This document shows, piece after piece, positions 38,055-50,482 of a stretch of DNA of 64,000 bases. The position numbers were made by a program, and so were the translations under genes. This DNA comes from Dicyema japonicum (Eukaryota; Animalia; Dicyemida). The notes under the pieces are model-generated. The model was not told where the DNA came from. It saw only the letters and a list, made by a program, of their open reading frames with translations, and did no database searches. The first letter of the stretch is position 1. Each line of letters opens with the position of its first letter. Location: the NCBI GenBank assembly GCA_011109175.1, contig RDEW01000005.1, positions 1,973,267 through 2,037,266 of the forward strand, written 5' to 3'.

Positions 38055-39212
38055 ATGGATAAGTGTGATTCTTCGAAAATGGAAATATCTCCTCAGAAAG
38101 CCAAAGAAATGTTCGAAAAAGATGGGATTGTTCTATTGCTTGATCCTCCTGTGGGGACGGAAATTGGAATTAACTGTAAGTCATGGCATACCACTGACAA
38201 ATTTATGGGATTCAAAATGATACCTCAAGGAATTCATTTTGTTTACTACAAGTTTGACTAATTATCCCATTTTCTAGCATTTCCAATAAATACCACGAAA
38301 ATTCTACCAGGAAAGGGTTTTTTGTCAACATTACAGGTCGTACAGTCATTATAAAAAGGTGGGACTCAACAGAAGAAAGTTTTGCTTTATTATTTTACTA
38401 TAAAGATTTTCTTGACTATTCTGACCATCAGTTCTTTCAGGATATGCAGAAATATGACTCTAGGCTTGCCTGCTATCCATTCGACCAGTTGAATTGAGTT
38501 TTTTACCGATAGACATCGAAAATGGGTTTCTCTCACAAATTATATCGGCTTGGATATTATAGATCGGATTCAGCCATCTGGAAAAACTATTTTTTCGTCC
38601 CCACAGCTTTTTTGCCCCTCGAGTAACACAGAAGATAGAAAAGATAACATTGTAACGTCGTCTGAATTAGATTCTACTCGAATGAGATACTCAAAAATAT
38701 CCCGAAAGGATTATATGGCTGGTCTTATAGCCAATAATAACTTTTCTTCCGTCACAAACTCCGCTCTCGATCGAACTAACGAATTCCTCTCTATTTGGCC
38801 ATCCGAAGAAGGCTTGAAAGGACAAGAGATTGTCGGCGAATTACAACTGTGTTTTGCTGTTTTCCTTTGTGGGCTCAATTACGCATCATTTGAGCATTGG
38901 AAAGATATGGTTGAACTTTTATGCGGCTGTGAAGATCTGATTGAACATTATGAGAGACTTTTTAGTCAGTTTCTTAGTGCGTTGTATTTTGAGGTGAAGG
39001 AAATTCTCGAGGATTTGTATGTTGACATAATACGGGAAGAAAATTTCATTTATATGAGTATCAGGAGACTGGTCGGTAATATCATGGGTTCAAATTATCC
39101 TGAACTTATCAAGAAAGTGACTGAACTGAAGGTTTTCTGTTCTCACACTTTTTCGTGGGATTTTGATGAGATTGACGATGAAGATTTGCCCATAATTGTT
39201 AATATTGATTGA
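38055..39212 (+). CDS. AAR2: AAR2 splicing factor homolog (U5 snRNP assembly)
   Basis: PVGTEIGIN, FMGFKMIPQGIHFVYY, GELQLCFAVFLCGLNYASFEHWK and FSWDF motifs; introns 38252-38276, 38379-38405 and 38488-38512. Confidence 0.92.
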
Positions 39213-39899
39213 ATTTTTTATATTTATGTTTATTATAAAACAACTTGCTGAGGCCATCTCCATTATTTTATGTCACGTGGCACCAAATGGTGCTATGTGA
39301 ATAATTGGCTGAAAACTTCTCTTCCTTCCATCTGATGACGTAATTGGATCCGTCTTACTAGGAGACGCCTTATTCCTGGCCGGCATTCAAAAAGATCTAG
39401 ACTTCATTCCACCGGTAAACTATTACGTTATTCTGAGTTCTGGAATCAACCTCAGCTTCCCGGACAACGTTCTCTGGATCATTTTTCTTGGTTAAAGATT
39501 CTGCTGAAACGCTTTACGGTGGGATAATGGAAATAATGACATCTCATTCTATTTTTTCAAAATTTTTAAAAACGAAACATTCCTTAATCTGATAAAAATC
39601 AAAGTCGCCAAGAGCATTGAGAGAGTAAATTTAAAAGCTATGGCATTAAATATATTGCTTTATACAAAGCTTTGGTGGCAAAAAATATTTTTGAAAATTG
39701 GATATCTCGTATTAACAAAGAAATGAGGGGAAAAGAAAAATAGCATTACTGATGGATAATACAACTTGTCTACTTGTATCCAATATTCGAACATAGACAC
39801 ATTATGTCGCGCGCACTGTGAATCTACTAAGAGGAACCAATCACGTGTCAATCCATGTCACGAAACGCCATTCGATAGTAGCGCAATAATTATCATATA

Positions 39900-40206
39900 A
39901 TAATATCTCCGCATAGGCAGGACACACACTTTTATTTAAGTAAAGAACAGTTAATTTTAACTAATCAAGAACCAAGGAATGATCTTTACTTCTTTTTTCT
40001 TTTTTTTGTGTGTGGGTCTTTTCTAGACAATCCAGTTCCGCAGTGAGTATCCACTGATGACGGCGTCACTCGTCAAACCCTTTTGGCATCGTAGATGCGT
40101 GGAACTTTCCACCAGGTGAACAGCAGCGAGAATCGAACCCGTAACATAAGTCACTTTAGCCCGACTACTAACCACTACGCCACCCTGCACCTAACCACTA
40201 TGCCCC
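39900..40206 (-). mobile_element. Full-length tRNA-derived SINE (family A) with target-site duplication
   Basis: A box tggcgtagtggttag, B box ggttcgattc, conserved core and tail; flanking direct repeat taattatcatata at 39887-39899 and ~40207-40219. Confidence 0.85.
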
Positions 40207-40851
40207 TAATTATCATATACGGAAAGAAATAAATGTTGATTTAATTTATTACATGGCCCACATCGTTTTTTCCGCGGCATACAGTGTGTCTACCGCGCTC
40301 CCGACAATGTTGGACGGGCAAAGTGGGTCGACACAAGTCATCAAGGGATAAGAGTTTACAAATCATTAATTGGATGATGAAATAATTATAATAAAAATCA
40401 TGCATCTCAAATAGATGAAACTATAAAAGTGATCACGACACACAATATCATTTTCAAAAAAGACCTGAGAGAAAATTAATTAATCAAAATACGGATTCAA
40501 ACCCACGACCTTCAGATCCAATTTCATCTGACGTATGGTGACCCAGAAGGACCATTAAGGCAGTTATTGTTAATTAACAACGAAAAAAACAAAATATCAT
40601 GAAAAGAAATTAATTAATCAAAATACGGATTCAAACCCACGACCTTCAGATCCAATTTCATCTGACGTATGGTGACCCAGAAGGCTCATTAAGGCAGTTA
40701 TTGTTAATTAACAACGAAAAAAACAAAATATTATGAAAATACATATTTATTTATCAAAATAGAAATCTAATAATTTATCTTCATTCCGAGTGTATTAACT
40801 AATCACATCACATAAAGGGAGGAAGGAACCAAGGAATGTCATTTAACTACN

Positions 40852-41100
40852 ATAGGCAGGACACACACTTTTATTTAAGTAAAGAACAATTAATTTTAAC
40901 TAATCAAGAACCAAGGAATGATCTTTACTTTTTTTTCTTTTTTTTGTGTGTGGGTCTTTTCTGGACAATCCAGTTCCTCAGTGAAGCATTAACTGATGAC
41001 GGCGTCACTCGTCATACCCAAAGTATCATAGATGGAACTTTCAGCCAGAATGTACAGTATTGAGATTCGAACCCGGAGACAGCAGTACTTTGCTTGGCAC
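40852..41100 (-). mobile_element. SINE family A copy
   Basis: Same tail, core and B box (ggttcgaatc) as the 39900 copy. Confidence 0.8.
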
Positions 41101-41599
41101 TTATGATACTGCTCCACATGATTTATAGCGGATTTTTTCTAATAATTTCAGCCATCCCTTTTCACGAATGTCTCTTTTCCTTGTGGCTATTAGGAATCCA
41201 TTTTCCTGTAAATTAGTTGTGATTTAACAGTCAGTTTTCGGCATAGTTATGAAAAGCTGATTGCTTATGATCCGTGATATTTTTTGGATTCAAAAATCCT
41301 AAAATATTAATTATCTGAATGTTAATAAAACTATTTGTACTTTCTAAAAGAAATCAAAGTTTAGATCAAAGCATCGTGAAATTTAGCCTTTGCTTTCAAT
41401 CACATTGAGTAACTGAAAACCTATTTAAGAAAAGATTCATCAGTTCATTTGGACGAGAAGAGAAGAGATACTGAACAGAATCGGATTTATAAGACGATTT
41501 GAAGAGAATTGGACTAATGACTTTGTCGCTATGTTCTTTCTGCCTTCAAGAATTTATTAGATGGGGAACTTGAATTAAGTAAGTCTGTTATTTCCAATG

Positions 41600-42525
41600 A
41601 TAGTTCGTTTTTGACAGTTTCTGAGTTTTCACTAAGGCGAGAGTAGTGCTATCGAGTCCAAACAGGAAGCACTGATCTTGAGTAATCAAGAAATTAATTT
41701 AGCAACATTTTGGGCGGTGGAATAGAAAGCATGTCAATCACTGAGTTTTTTGGCGAAATTAGATGCGGAAAAACCGAGCTCGCCCACACTTTATGTGGTA
41801 GCTGTCCAATCAGTAAATATTAGTGAGTTCCCAAATAAGTCAGTCAATTGGCCGACTAAATGGCTGGAAAGTTATGTACATTGACACAGAAACACATTTT
41901 TGTCAAAATAATCAATTTAAGTCGTCCTGCCATGCTGCACACAATAGCTGCCAGATTTAAGGTCAATTTAGACGAGCAGTTTTTCCCCTTTTTAACGATA
42001 GGCGAGCATCAGATGGAGATTATGAACCACATGGCTGCGAAATTCTACGAGGAGTCTGGAATTTTTAAACTTTTGGTAGAATTATTATCTATGTCATATT
42101 GTAAACTCGATTATGGCTTTATTCCGTGTGGACTACTCTGGGAGAGGAGAACTTGCTGATAGGCAACAGAAATAGGGCAATTCTTATCCCGTTTGCAAAA
42201 GATATCAGATGTTGTTGTGAGTTACATTAGAGTACGACGTTGCTGTGATGATAACAAATCAAATGACCTCAGATTCGGGGCAGGAATAAGGTTTTAATGA
42301 GTGAGATATAACACTAGTTTTTAAGCGGACCCTAAGAAACCAATTGGAGGGCACGTTTTAGCTCATGCAAGCACAACTCGCGTCTCTCTAAGGAAAGGGA
42401 TAGCTGAGAATAGAATAACAAAAATTTTTGATAGGTACGTAATGTGATCTACTATTAGTCTTGAATTTAGAGAAAACGAGGCCACGTTCTCTATTACAGA
42501 CGGTGAAATCTATGACGCTAAGGAC
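41600..42525 (+). pseudogene. DMC1: Meiotic recombinase DMC1 pseudogene (introns retained, 5' part not recognisable)
   Basis: [43 protein letters not shown] and [25 protein letters not shown] are DMC1-type rather than RAD51. In-frame TAG 41644 and TAA 42322, several 1-nt deletions, and an internal deletion. Confidence 0.9.
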
Positions 42526-42686
42526 TTTATTAAGTTTATTAGTTTATCTTTGAACCTGGTTATTAGTTGTTGAAAAGCAAATTCAAAGCCTTTTCTTTCA
42601 GTCCAATTATTTAATATGTCACCTGTCAATCAATCTGTCACCTGTCGTTCAATGAATATTAATTGATTTCTAATCAATTAAATTAT

Positions 42687-43671
42687 GCAAGCTTCCTACA
42701 CGCCTCGGAGGAACGGGTCTCAGGTCGGCGCTGGAGATCGCCTATCCAGCATATATGTCATCGCTCTCAAGTGGAAGCCTTTTGGTCCAAGAAATCCTAC
42801 GTATTACAACCGGACTCTTTTGGGAAAAAGTCTTCGACGAAGCTCGTTGCGAATGGTGTGAAACTGGTTTGGATATGCCGAACGATCCTTCGAGGCAACG
42901 TGACTGGGATGATATTTACTCCAAGAATATCTTCGACGTGCTAAAGTCTGAGGCCAACCAGCATCGTCTTGCATGCCTGGTGTCCGCCGCCAACCATGGG
43001 AGCGGAGCGTGGCTGGATGCACTCCCGTGTTCCTCCCTGGGGACCCTATTGGACGATGACTGTATTCGGATTGGAATCGCACAACGCCTGGGAGCTGATG
43101 TCTGCGTCGAACACCAATGTCGCTGTGGAGGGATCGTCGATGCCAAAGGGCTGCACCCGCTCTCGTGCAAAAGGAGCGCGGGCAGATCACCCCGCCATGC
43201 TGCTATGAACAACATTGTCTTGCGAGCTCTTGAAGCGGCAGGCTTCCCGGCAGTACTGGAACCTGTGGGATTGGACCGCGGAGATGGGAAAAGACCGGAT
43301 GGGCTAACTATCTTTCCGTTCACTGAGGGAAAATCGCTCGTATGGGACTGCACTGTTGTGGATTCTTTCTCGAACTCGATGATTCTCAGCTCGGCGTAGT
43401 CTGCTGGATCGGCAGCCGATCTGGCCGAGAAAATCAAGATTAAAAAATATGGCGAAATTGGAGACCGTTACCGTTTTGTACCGGTAGCAATCGAGACGTC
43501 TGGTGCGGCTGGAAGTATTACAGCTTCTTTCCTAAAGGAAATCGGGGGAAAATTGGCCCATCGCAAGAAAGACGTGCGGGAAGCGGTCTGGCTATGGAAA
43601 GAATTGGTATCGCAGTTGTTCGCGGAAACGCTTACTCCGTGATGTCAGCAGCCGCTCTTCCTCATAGTTAA
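42687..43671 (+). mobile_element. CRE-like non-LTR retrotransposon, 5'-truncated, lightly degraded
   Basis: GAWLDALP, RIGIAQRLG, C-x-C...HPLSC, RHAAMN, KRPDG, LVWDCTVVDS, FVPVAIETSG and VVRGN motifs; one stop at 43397 and a late frameshift. Confidence 0.92.
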
Positions 43672-43909
43672 TAAATAATATTTTATTGTTAATAAATTTA
43701 AAAAAAATAAAATAATTTATTTATTTTTTTTATTTTTTTAAACAATTTTTATTTTATTTTTTTAAACAATCGAATAATTTATTTTTTAAGTCTATCGTAT
43801 TTTGATTGATGAACGTTCTATTTTTGTTCATTCACGTAAAATAGGCTAAATTTAAATTTGGTAAAAAAATCAGATCAAAATGATCTGCATCAAAGTTTTC
43901 TAGCATAAT

Positions 43910-45600
43910 TTATACAATAATTACCTGAAACATCTGAAATATGTTCCACGTCAATAGGAAAAAGATCATCCGAACCCTAACTTTCTTTGAAATTAAAAAT
44001 AATAATAAATTTTTATACTCACGAATGACTGTGTTTATTCCAGAAACTCTTCTCAGTTTTATAAATGGAGTTTCATTTGTGGAGGAACGAAGCACTTTTA
44101 CGGATAACACCACGATTCTATTTCTATGGATAGACTTCGCCAAGGTTCGCATTGCAGACTCGTTATCCATGCAAACAACTAATCTGTGCTTTTCAAATTT
44201 TTCGTCTTTGATAAATGATTCGAATAAGATTTTCGATAGTTCCACCAACCTTCCACATTTTTTCTCCCAACCATAAGGGAATTGGCATATGAGGATTATC
44301 CCTTTAGCAAACTTTAGAGCAAAATTACGCGTTTTCTCAAATGTCTTGAGAATTGAGTCTCTTTTTTGAGTCGTACCATCCTTCTATACCGTATGACATT
44401 GCAGGAAATAGTTGAAGACATGAAGAAAGGTCTCCGACTCGAGCTTTAGTTTTCTGACACAAAACAGAACGTTCGTAGCTTTTTTCTTTCGTATTTTAGC
44501 ATGTTCCAGAAAATTAGCAACCTTGGAGCCAAGGTATTTCATAGTTTTCTTCCGAGGTATTTCTTGTAACGATTTCTTTAGGCTAGCCATCCTCCTGCTA
44601 CCATTTATCCTCACCAGACCAGACTTCTCATGTGCAACTGAAAGAAAGATTTCATTACACCACTCATCGATCTGGTTCATGTATATCTTCAACCGTTTCT
44701 CAGATACCAAAGGATTTGAAAAGACATCATAAATTATGACGTCATCAGCGTATATCAAGATTTTTGTAAGTTGGTTTTCTGGCAAGGCAATTCACACATT
44801 ACAATGTTGAATAATAGAGGACTGAGCACTGAACCCTGAAAGACACCTCTTCTGAGCCAGATTTCACGAGACTCATAATTACAAAAATAACAATTGACCG
44901 TCTATCCGAGAGCAAACTTCGTATCCAAAAATAAAGTTTTTTTTTCAACACCACATTTCGCAAGACAAATAAAAAGTCCAAGATGCCACACAGTGTCGAA
45001 AGCTTTGGATATATCAAGGCAGACTGCGGTCAAACATCCTTTAGTTTCCAAAGCCTTCACAATTGACGTTAACACTGTACAACCAATCTCCACATGAGCA
45101 ATTTTTTTGTAAACCCCACTGATGCTCTATTAATAGATCATTACGTTCTATGTGTTCAGAGACTCTGTTAAATATCATTCTTTCCACAATTCTTGAGATT
45201 GTTGTTATAAGGCTTATGGGTCTATAACTGGTTGTTAAGTACCCAGGTTTCTCAGATTTACGTATCAGCCTGACCTCCGTCAATTTCCAACGCGAAGGTA
45301 TACGACCCAACTCCATACTGCAAGTATAAAGACATCAAAGAAATTCATATAGNGTTAAATATCATTCTTTCCATAATTCTTGAGATTATTGTTATAAGGC
45401 TTATGGGTCTATAACTGGTTGTTAAGTACCAAGGTTTCTCAGATTTACGTATCAGCCTGACCTCCGTCAATTTCCAATGCGAAGGTATACGACCCAACTC
45501 CATACTGCAAGTATAAAGACATCAAAGAAATTCATATAGTGTCTGAGATGCTTCCTTGAATAAACGCATAACGATCTAGTCCTTTCCAGGAGTATTGTCT
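43910..45600 (-). mobile_element. I/Jockey-group LINE remnant with RT and probable RNase H
   Basis: YRPISL, LDISKAFDTVWH, QGSVLSPLLF, IYADD and KYLG motifs; downstream VCMDNESAM...IKLRRVSG resembles RNase H; many frameshifts. Confidence 0.8.
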
Positions 45601-45904
45601 TCAGTGCATTTTACCGCATTTTCAACTCCTGCATTTTCTGTGACGTAGTGGTAAAGAACTATGCTGTGTGAATCAAGTGTCTGCAGTATATATAAGCAGG
45701 AACTGCGTTCTCGAGCAATTTTTCAATAAAAATGAAAGATACAAATTCAAGCAAGAGAGAATATGTTATTCCTGTTAACTGAAAAGACTGGATGGACTTG
45801 TGCAACATTGAAGATCTCCGCGTTTGTGACCGTGAGAGTTGGCTACATTTATATATAACAGCCCTGCCGCCAAGGAGTAGTAATGTTTCCACTAATAAAC
45901 CCCA

Positions 45905-46060
45905 GCTTAGGCAGAACTCCGACCTTATTTAAAAAGTAAGAACAGTAATGCTAATTAATCCAAGGCATAGAAAATGTCATTGACTTTTCGTTTGCGTGTG
46001 AGTCCCAGAAGACAATCTAGTTCCGCAGGGATGAAACACGGGGTCACTCGTCAACCCGCA
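45905..46060 (-). mobile_element. SINE family A, partial and diverged copy
   Basis: Tail and core blocks (gacaatctagttccgcag...gtcactcgtca) match the other copies. Confidence 0.6.
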
Positions 46061-46194
46061 GTAGTTGTTAATTATTGACTAATTTCTGTATTCTGGGTTA
46101 ATAAATTAATCGATGTCCACTTATGAACTTGTTGGAACCACATATAAACCTGTAAGAAATGAATCTTATAGCTATTTATGAACATCATGGATAA

Positions 46195-46609
46195 ATGCAA
46201 ATCATACTGAAAGAGGTTTCCCCACTAGAGAAGGAAGTGATAAACTTAGTGATTGAAAGAAATAATAATGTTATATACAGAGAACAAAATCGAAATTCAG
46301 TACAATTACTGAATTAGTCTCAGAAAGCTCAAAGAAGGGATTATGTTGATCAGAAAGTCAATTATTAACAGTAACGTAAATGGGACATGTTGTGGCACGT
46401 GTGGTTGGACTTTTGATCCTAAATCAATGATGTACTGCTCCAAGTGTGATATTCTAATTTGCATAAAATGCTTTCATGGTATTTCCAAACCAGAAAAATC
46501 CAGAATATGCCGATGGTGCTACAATTTAATGTATCCGACTAATAGCCATATTCAGGGAGTTCAAGAAGGTCTACCAGTGGCACCACCAGTTCAAAAGTGT
46601 CTCTCTTAG
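46195..46609 (+). CDS. Slp/rabphilin/melanophilin-type Rab-binding domain with FYVE-like zinc finger (5' exons)
   Basis: LKEVSPLEKEVINLVIER helix, then CGTC...CSKC...CIKC...CRWC. An 18-nt intron near 46290 needs -1 A to keep frame. Downstream exons unresolved. Confidence 0.5.
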
Positions 46610-48559
46610 GCAGCTATACTTTGGTATCAATATCTTACTTCAGTCGACGATAACCTGGTCAGCATCAATGGAAACACGGAAAGGGACAAAATCACAGAGT
46701 CATCGTTAAATACATTTTAGGGAAGAGATTTTGGAAAAATTCGCTGACAAACATCTAAAGAATACTGAAAAGGAAAAGAAAGAGGAAAAGGTCGAAGTAA
46801 TAGAAGAGGACGACATTCAAATTCCAAATACGTCTAATCGAATCGATGGGGGATTTGGCTTAAGGCTGCTATATACTATTCAGAAAATCTGATCGGAGTT
46901 CAAAATATTTTCGAATCATTCGCGGATGATGGATATCTAGTTCGAACAGCTAAAGAAAGTCTCAAAAACCACGTGTTAGTTAGCAGTCTATGTGACCTTA
47001 TCCGAAGATATTTGAACATTCCAGGTTTCCGAATAATGTAGCTATTGCAGATATTACGAAATTTAAAAGTACACGTTTCACAGCTGAACAAGTATATGAT
47101 AGTTTAAAATCGTTGGAATTTGGAAAATCAAATTTATTAAAAAATACATAAATAAAAGGTTTCAAAAAAAATAATTTTTCAAACATAATGAAAATGAATA
47201 ATTCACATATATCTCTTGCCGACTATTAATTACTCCAGAATTGTCAGACTACTTCGTGCTCGATTGAATGATGTTTCTCGGAGATCAAGAATTTTCTAAA
47301 ATCCAACAGACATTTTCTACCATGAAATTTAGAAAATTATGTAATTTGTATGTGTAACAAAAAGTTTCAGTGTTTTTATTGTTTAGCTATAAAGTTAAAT
47401 TTTTGGGTTAATTTTTTTAGTTTTTAGGTTAATAAAGTTAATTTTTTCACAAAAACGCCAGATCAATCGATTTAAAACTAAATCTTGCAAATGTCGATAA
47501 TACAGACGATTAAACTAACTTTAAAACATATAAACCTAAAATGATCAACAGTTGGTGTGAGAAGAGGCTCTGTGGATTCATTCGTGTCCCTACCATTCCT
47601 TCTCCAAGATAAAGTGATGAAACTGTGAGTTTGTTCCAAAATTTCCTTCATTCCACTTTTTAACTCAGAATATTACAAGTTGACGTTAACAAGATCTTTT
47701 ATTATAACTTGGACGTATTTCTGTATCTCTGAAAGCAACGAAACCACAAGTTTCAGCAAATCTTTTTGTTTTGGANCGGAGATCAAGAATTTTCTAAAAT
47801 CCGACAGACATTTTCTACCATGAAATTTAGAAAATTATGTAATTTGTATGTGTAACAAAAAGTTTCAGTGTTTTTATTGTTTAGCTATAAAGTTAAATTT
47901 TTGGGTTAATTTTTTTAGTTTTTAGGTTAATAAAGTTAATTTTTTCACAAAAACGCCAGATCAATCGATTTAAAACTAAATCTTGCAAATGTCGATAATA
48001 CAGACGATTAAACTAACTTTAAAACATATAAACCTAAAATGATCAACAGTTGGTGTGAGAAGAGGCTCTGTGGATTCATTCGTGTCCCTACCATTCCTTC
48101 TCCAAGATAAAGTGATGAAACTGTGAGTTTGTTCCAAAATTTCCTTCATTCCGCTTTTTAACTCAGAATATTACAAGTTGACGTTAACAAGATCCTTTAT
48201 TATAACTTGGACGTATTTCTGTATTTCTGAAAGCAACGAAACCACAAGTTTCAGCAAAACTCTTTGCTTTGGAAGAGAAGAGCCATCAAAGTAATCGTTG
48301 ACTTGTGCATCTTCTTCCGAAGCACAATTTTTGTTATAAACTGAAAAATTGACGAAAAATGATTTATTTTCTGTTCGATTTAATCCCAGCGTTTGATTTT
48401 TTTGAAGTGATGATTATAGGAAGCCACATCTCTGAATTGTGCGACTCCCATGTCCTCTAGTTCAGCTGTACAGTAAAAATTGCTTCTTGTTGAATGTAAA
48501 ATCTACAGAGTCATTTCTTTACTCCTGAGATACTCATTAGACAACTTAGTGACTTTTTT

Positions 48560-49700
48560 TAAATTAATCGGCGGAATTTTTTCTTGCATTTGGCAACGTT
48601 TTCCACCACCTTTCTGGAAAGATTGCGGACATTGCAATTACAGCTGGGCGTGAGAGTCAGAGGCGGATGCGAAGTGGGGGTCTATGTTATTAGGGAGTTC
48701 TTCAGGATATTATCTGAAGGTGAGGATAAAAAATTAGATCTGTGCAACGCTTTCAACTCGGTCAGAAGAGATATCATCTTTGACGTTTGCTTGAAAAGAA
48801 CGCCGAAAATATATCATTTTGTCTTCCTATCATATTCGAGTCCTTCCCTCTCTTTTTTGGAAATGAAATCATTTCTTCTGAGATGGGAGTACAGCAGGGT
48901 GACTCACTTGGTGCCTTTTTTTTCATTGGCGATCGATCATATTGTGCAAGATATTTGTAGTCTCCTCAATTTATGGTACCTCGACGATCGCATCCTCGAA
49001 AAAAACCTGAAAACTTTCTTTAAAATTAACCTCGATTTCCGAGAATTGTCGCAGAATTGGTATTGAGGTTGACACAAAACAATATTAAGTGGTTAACTTG
49101 AACATGAATGGGGAATCATTTGCCTTCTTCAGATATTGGAAGATATTGTCTCAGATGTTCGAACTACGGATTTCACCTCTCTTGATTTCCTTGGATTTTG
49201 AATAGAGGAAAATCTAATAAGGGAGTCGTTAGGTGCATAAAAACCCTTTTTTTCAACATATTGATCTTTCTGGTTAAAAATGTTGAACTTTTTATTCACA
49301 AAATCCTCCCAAAATACTTTTCAACTTCCGAAGTTACTTTTCAACTTTCAACTTCCCATCACAGCGGTGCTTAGCTGAATGCTTTTCCATCATCGTCAAT
49401 TGGTTCCCTTCTGGAACAGGACGCCATCTGGAATGGGATATTAATCCGTCTCGAGATCGACCTGTGCCATCCTAATCAATGCTGTTGTGGATCTGTTGTA
49501 AACTGCACACGCTCTCTTGTTCAGCAGAGGCCGGTTCCCGAGGCATGCAGTCATCAACGGGGTTGTGAAGCGCTCTCTTGAGGTGGCTGAATTCCCGTTT
49601 TCTCTGAAACCGGTGGGCCTGGATCGTGGAGATGGAAAGGCCCATACAGGATAATTGTCTTTTTTTTCTCTCGGGGAAATGCTTGATTTTGGATGGTCCT
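48560..49700 (+). mobile_element. CRE-like retroelement, degraded, with deletions
   Basis: QLGVRVRGGCE, KLDLCNAFNSV, GVQQG, NLWYLDD, RHAVING and PVGLDRGDGK motifs. Confidence 0.8.
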
Positions 49701-50482
49701 TTGCCTATTCAAAACTTGCTGGTTCCGCGTTGAAAACTAGGGAGGCTTCTCTGACTTTCGAGAATTTCAAGATAAAAATACGACATCCTCTCCATAAGAT
49801 TCCATGTACAGCCCACAACCCATTTTCTTCGGGCCCAAGACCGTCTCTTTCCTAAGATCGCTTTAATCTATGATTTCGATAGTTAGCAATGAGCGTAGGG
49901 AAACCGATTGATTTAATAAGATTAATCTTGGATTCCAAGACCAACCGACGGAAGAAGCATGTTATGGACATCAGGAACAGTTGATTTAGGCGATAACTCT
50001 TATCTTTTAGTGGTTCTGGGTTCATTAAACTAAAGTCATCTCTTTTACGGATTATTTTAAGAATTAAAAAGTGCGCAGTAAATCATATTAACTATCATCC
50101 TATACATAAACTTCTGACAGGTGATCTTTAATCATGACAGGGCGAGATTCAAACCCGGATCTACATGGATCTGACACTTCCTCTGTTCAGAACTTAAGGT
50201 TTTTAATGACTCCAGAGTTCTTCATCTCAGCCATGCTCACGAGAAAGTAATTCAAAGACTACCATCCATCAATTGGTACAATAGAAGTCACCAGGAAAAA
50301 CTTCCTATCACTAAGAGGATTCCTTATAAAAACTTTGTCGATTGTCAAATTTAGAATTAATTGAGATTTTCAAATTTAGAATTAAATTATCCGTTAACCG
50401 ATTGTTTCCATTTTAAATGAATTAAAGTTGCCAAATGTACAAATTAAATAAAAACTGAAAATTCCGAAATTAAGTGCAAATC

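Noticed and set aside
40110-40206. tRNA gene candidates here and at ~40490-40550, ~41040-41100, ~50140-50180 and ~53520-53570
   Set aside because: A/B-box-like motifs without a foldable cloverleaf; they are SINE heads or degenerate tRNA-derived fragments
41644-42324. Possible ciliate-like code (TAA/TAG = Gln), suggested by TAA at the Gln position of DMC1 FQADP
   Set aside because: Intact genes, including the ~700-nt final AAR2 exon, contain no in-frame TAA/TAG and use CAA/CAG for Gln; RPS4 and TTC19 end at TAA
41600-42525. RAD51 as the identity of the recombinase
   Set aside because: AAKFYEESGIFKLL and [15 protein letters not shown] follow DMC1, not RAD51 (SAMMVESRYALL, GGNIIAHASTTRLYL)
42804-43437. 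Long overlapping ORFs (128, 173 and 79 aa) and similar antisense ORFs over RPS4, TTC19 and RTE copies
   Set aside because: Shadow frames of the real coding strand, favoured by higher GC
47279-48275. ~500-bp tandem duplication, plus similar ones at ~2770-3117, 7540-7835, 14998-15350, 24130-24540, 30105-30507, 31272-31610, 45170-45540, 55600-56024 and 60520-60745
   Set aside because: Each is centred on a single n scaffold join; best explained as contig-overlap artefacts, not biological repeats
47500-48540. Possible minus-strand gene fragments (FYCTAELEDMG, SGMKEILEQTH...)
   Set aside because: No consistent spliced model or recognisable family, and the region is confounded by the n-join duplication
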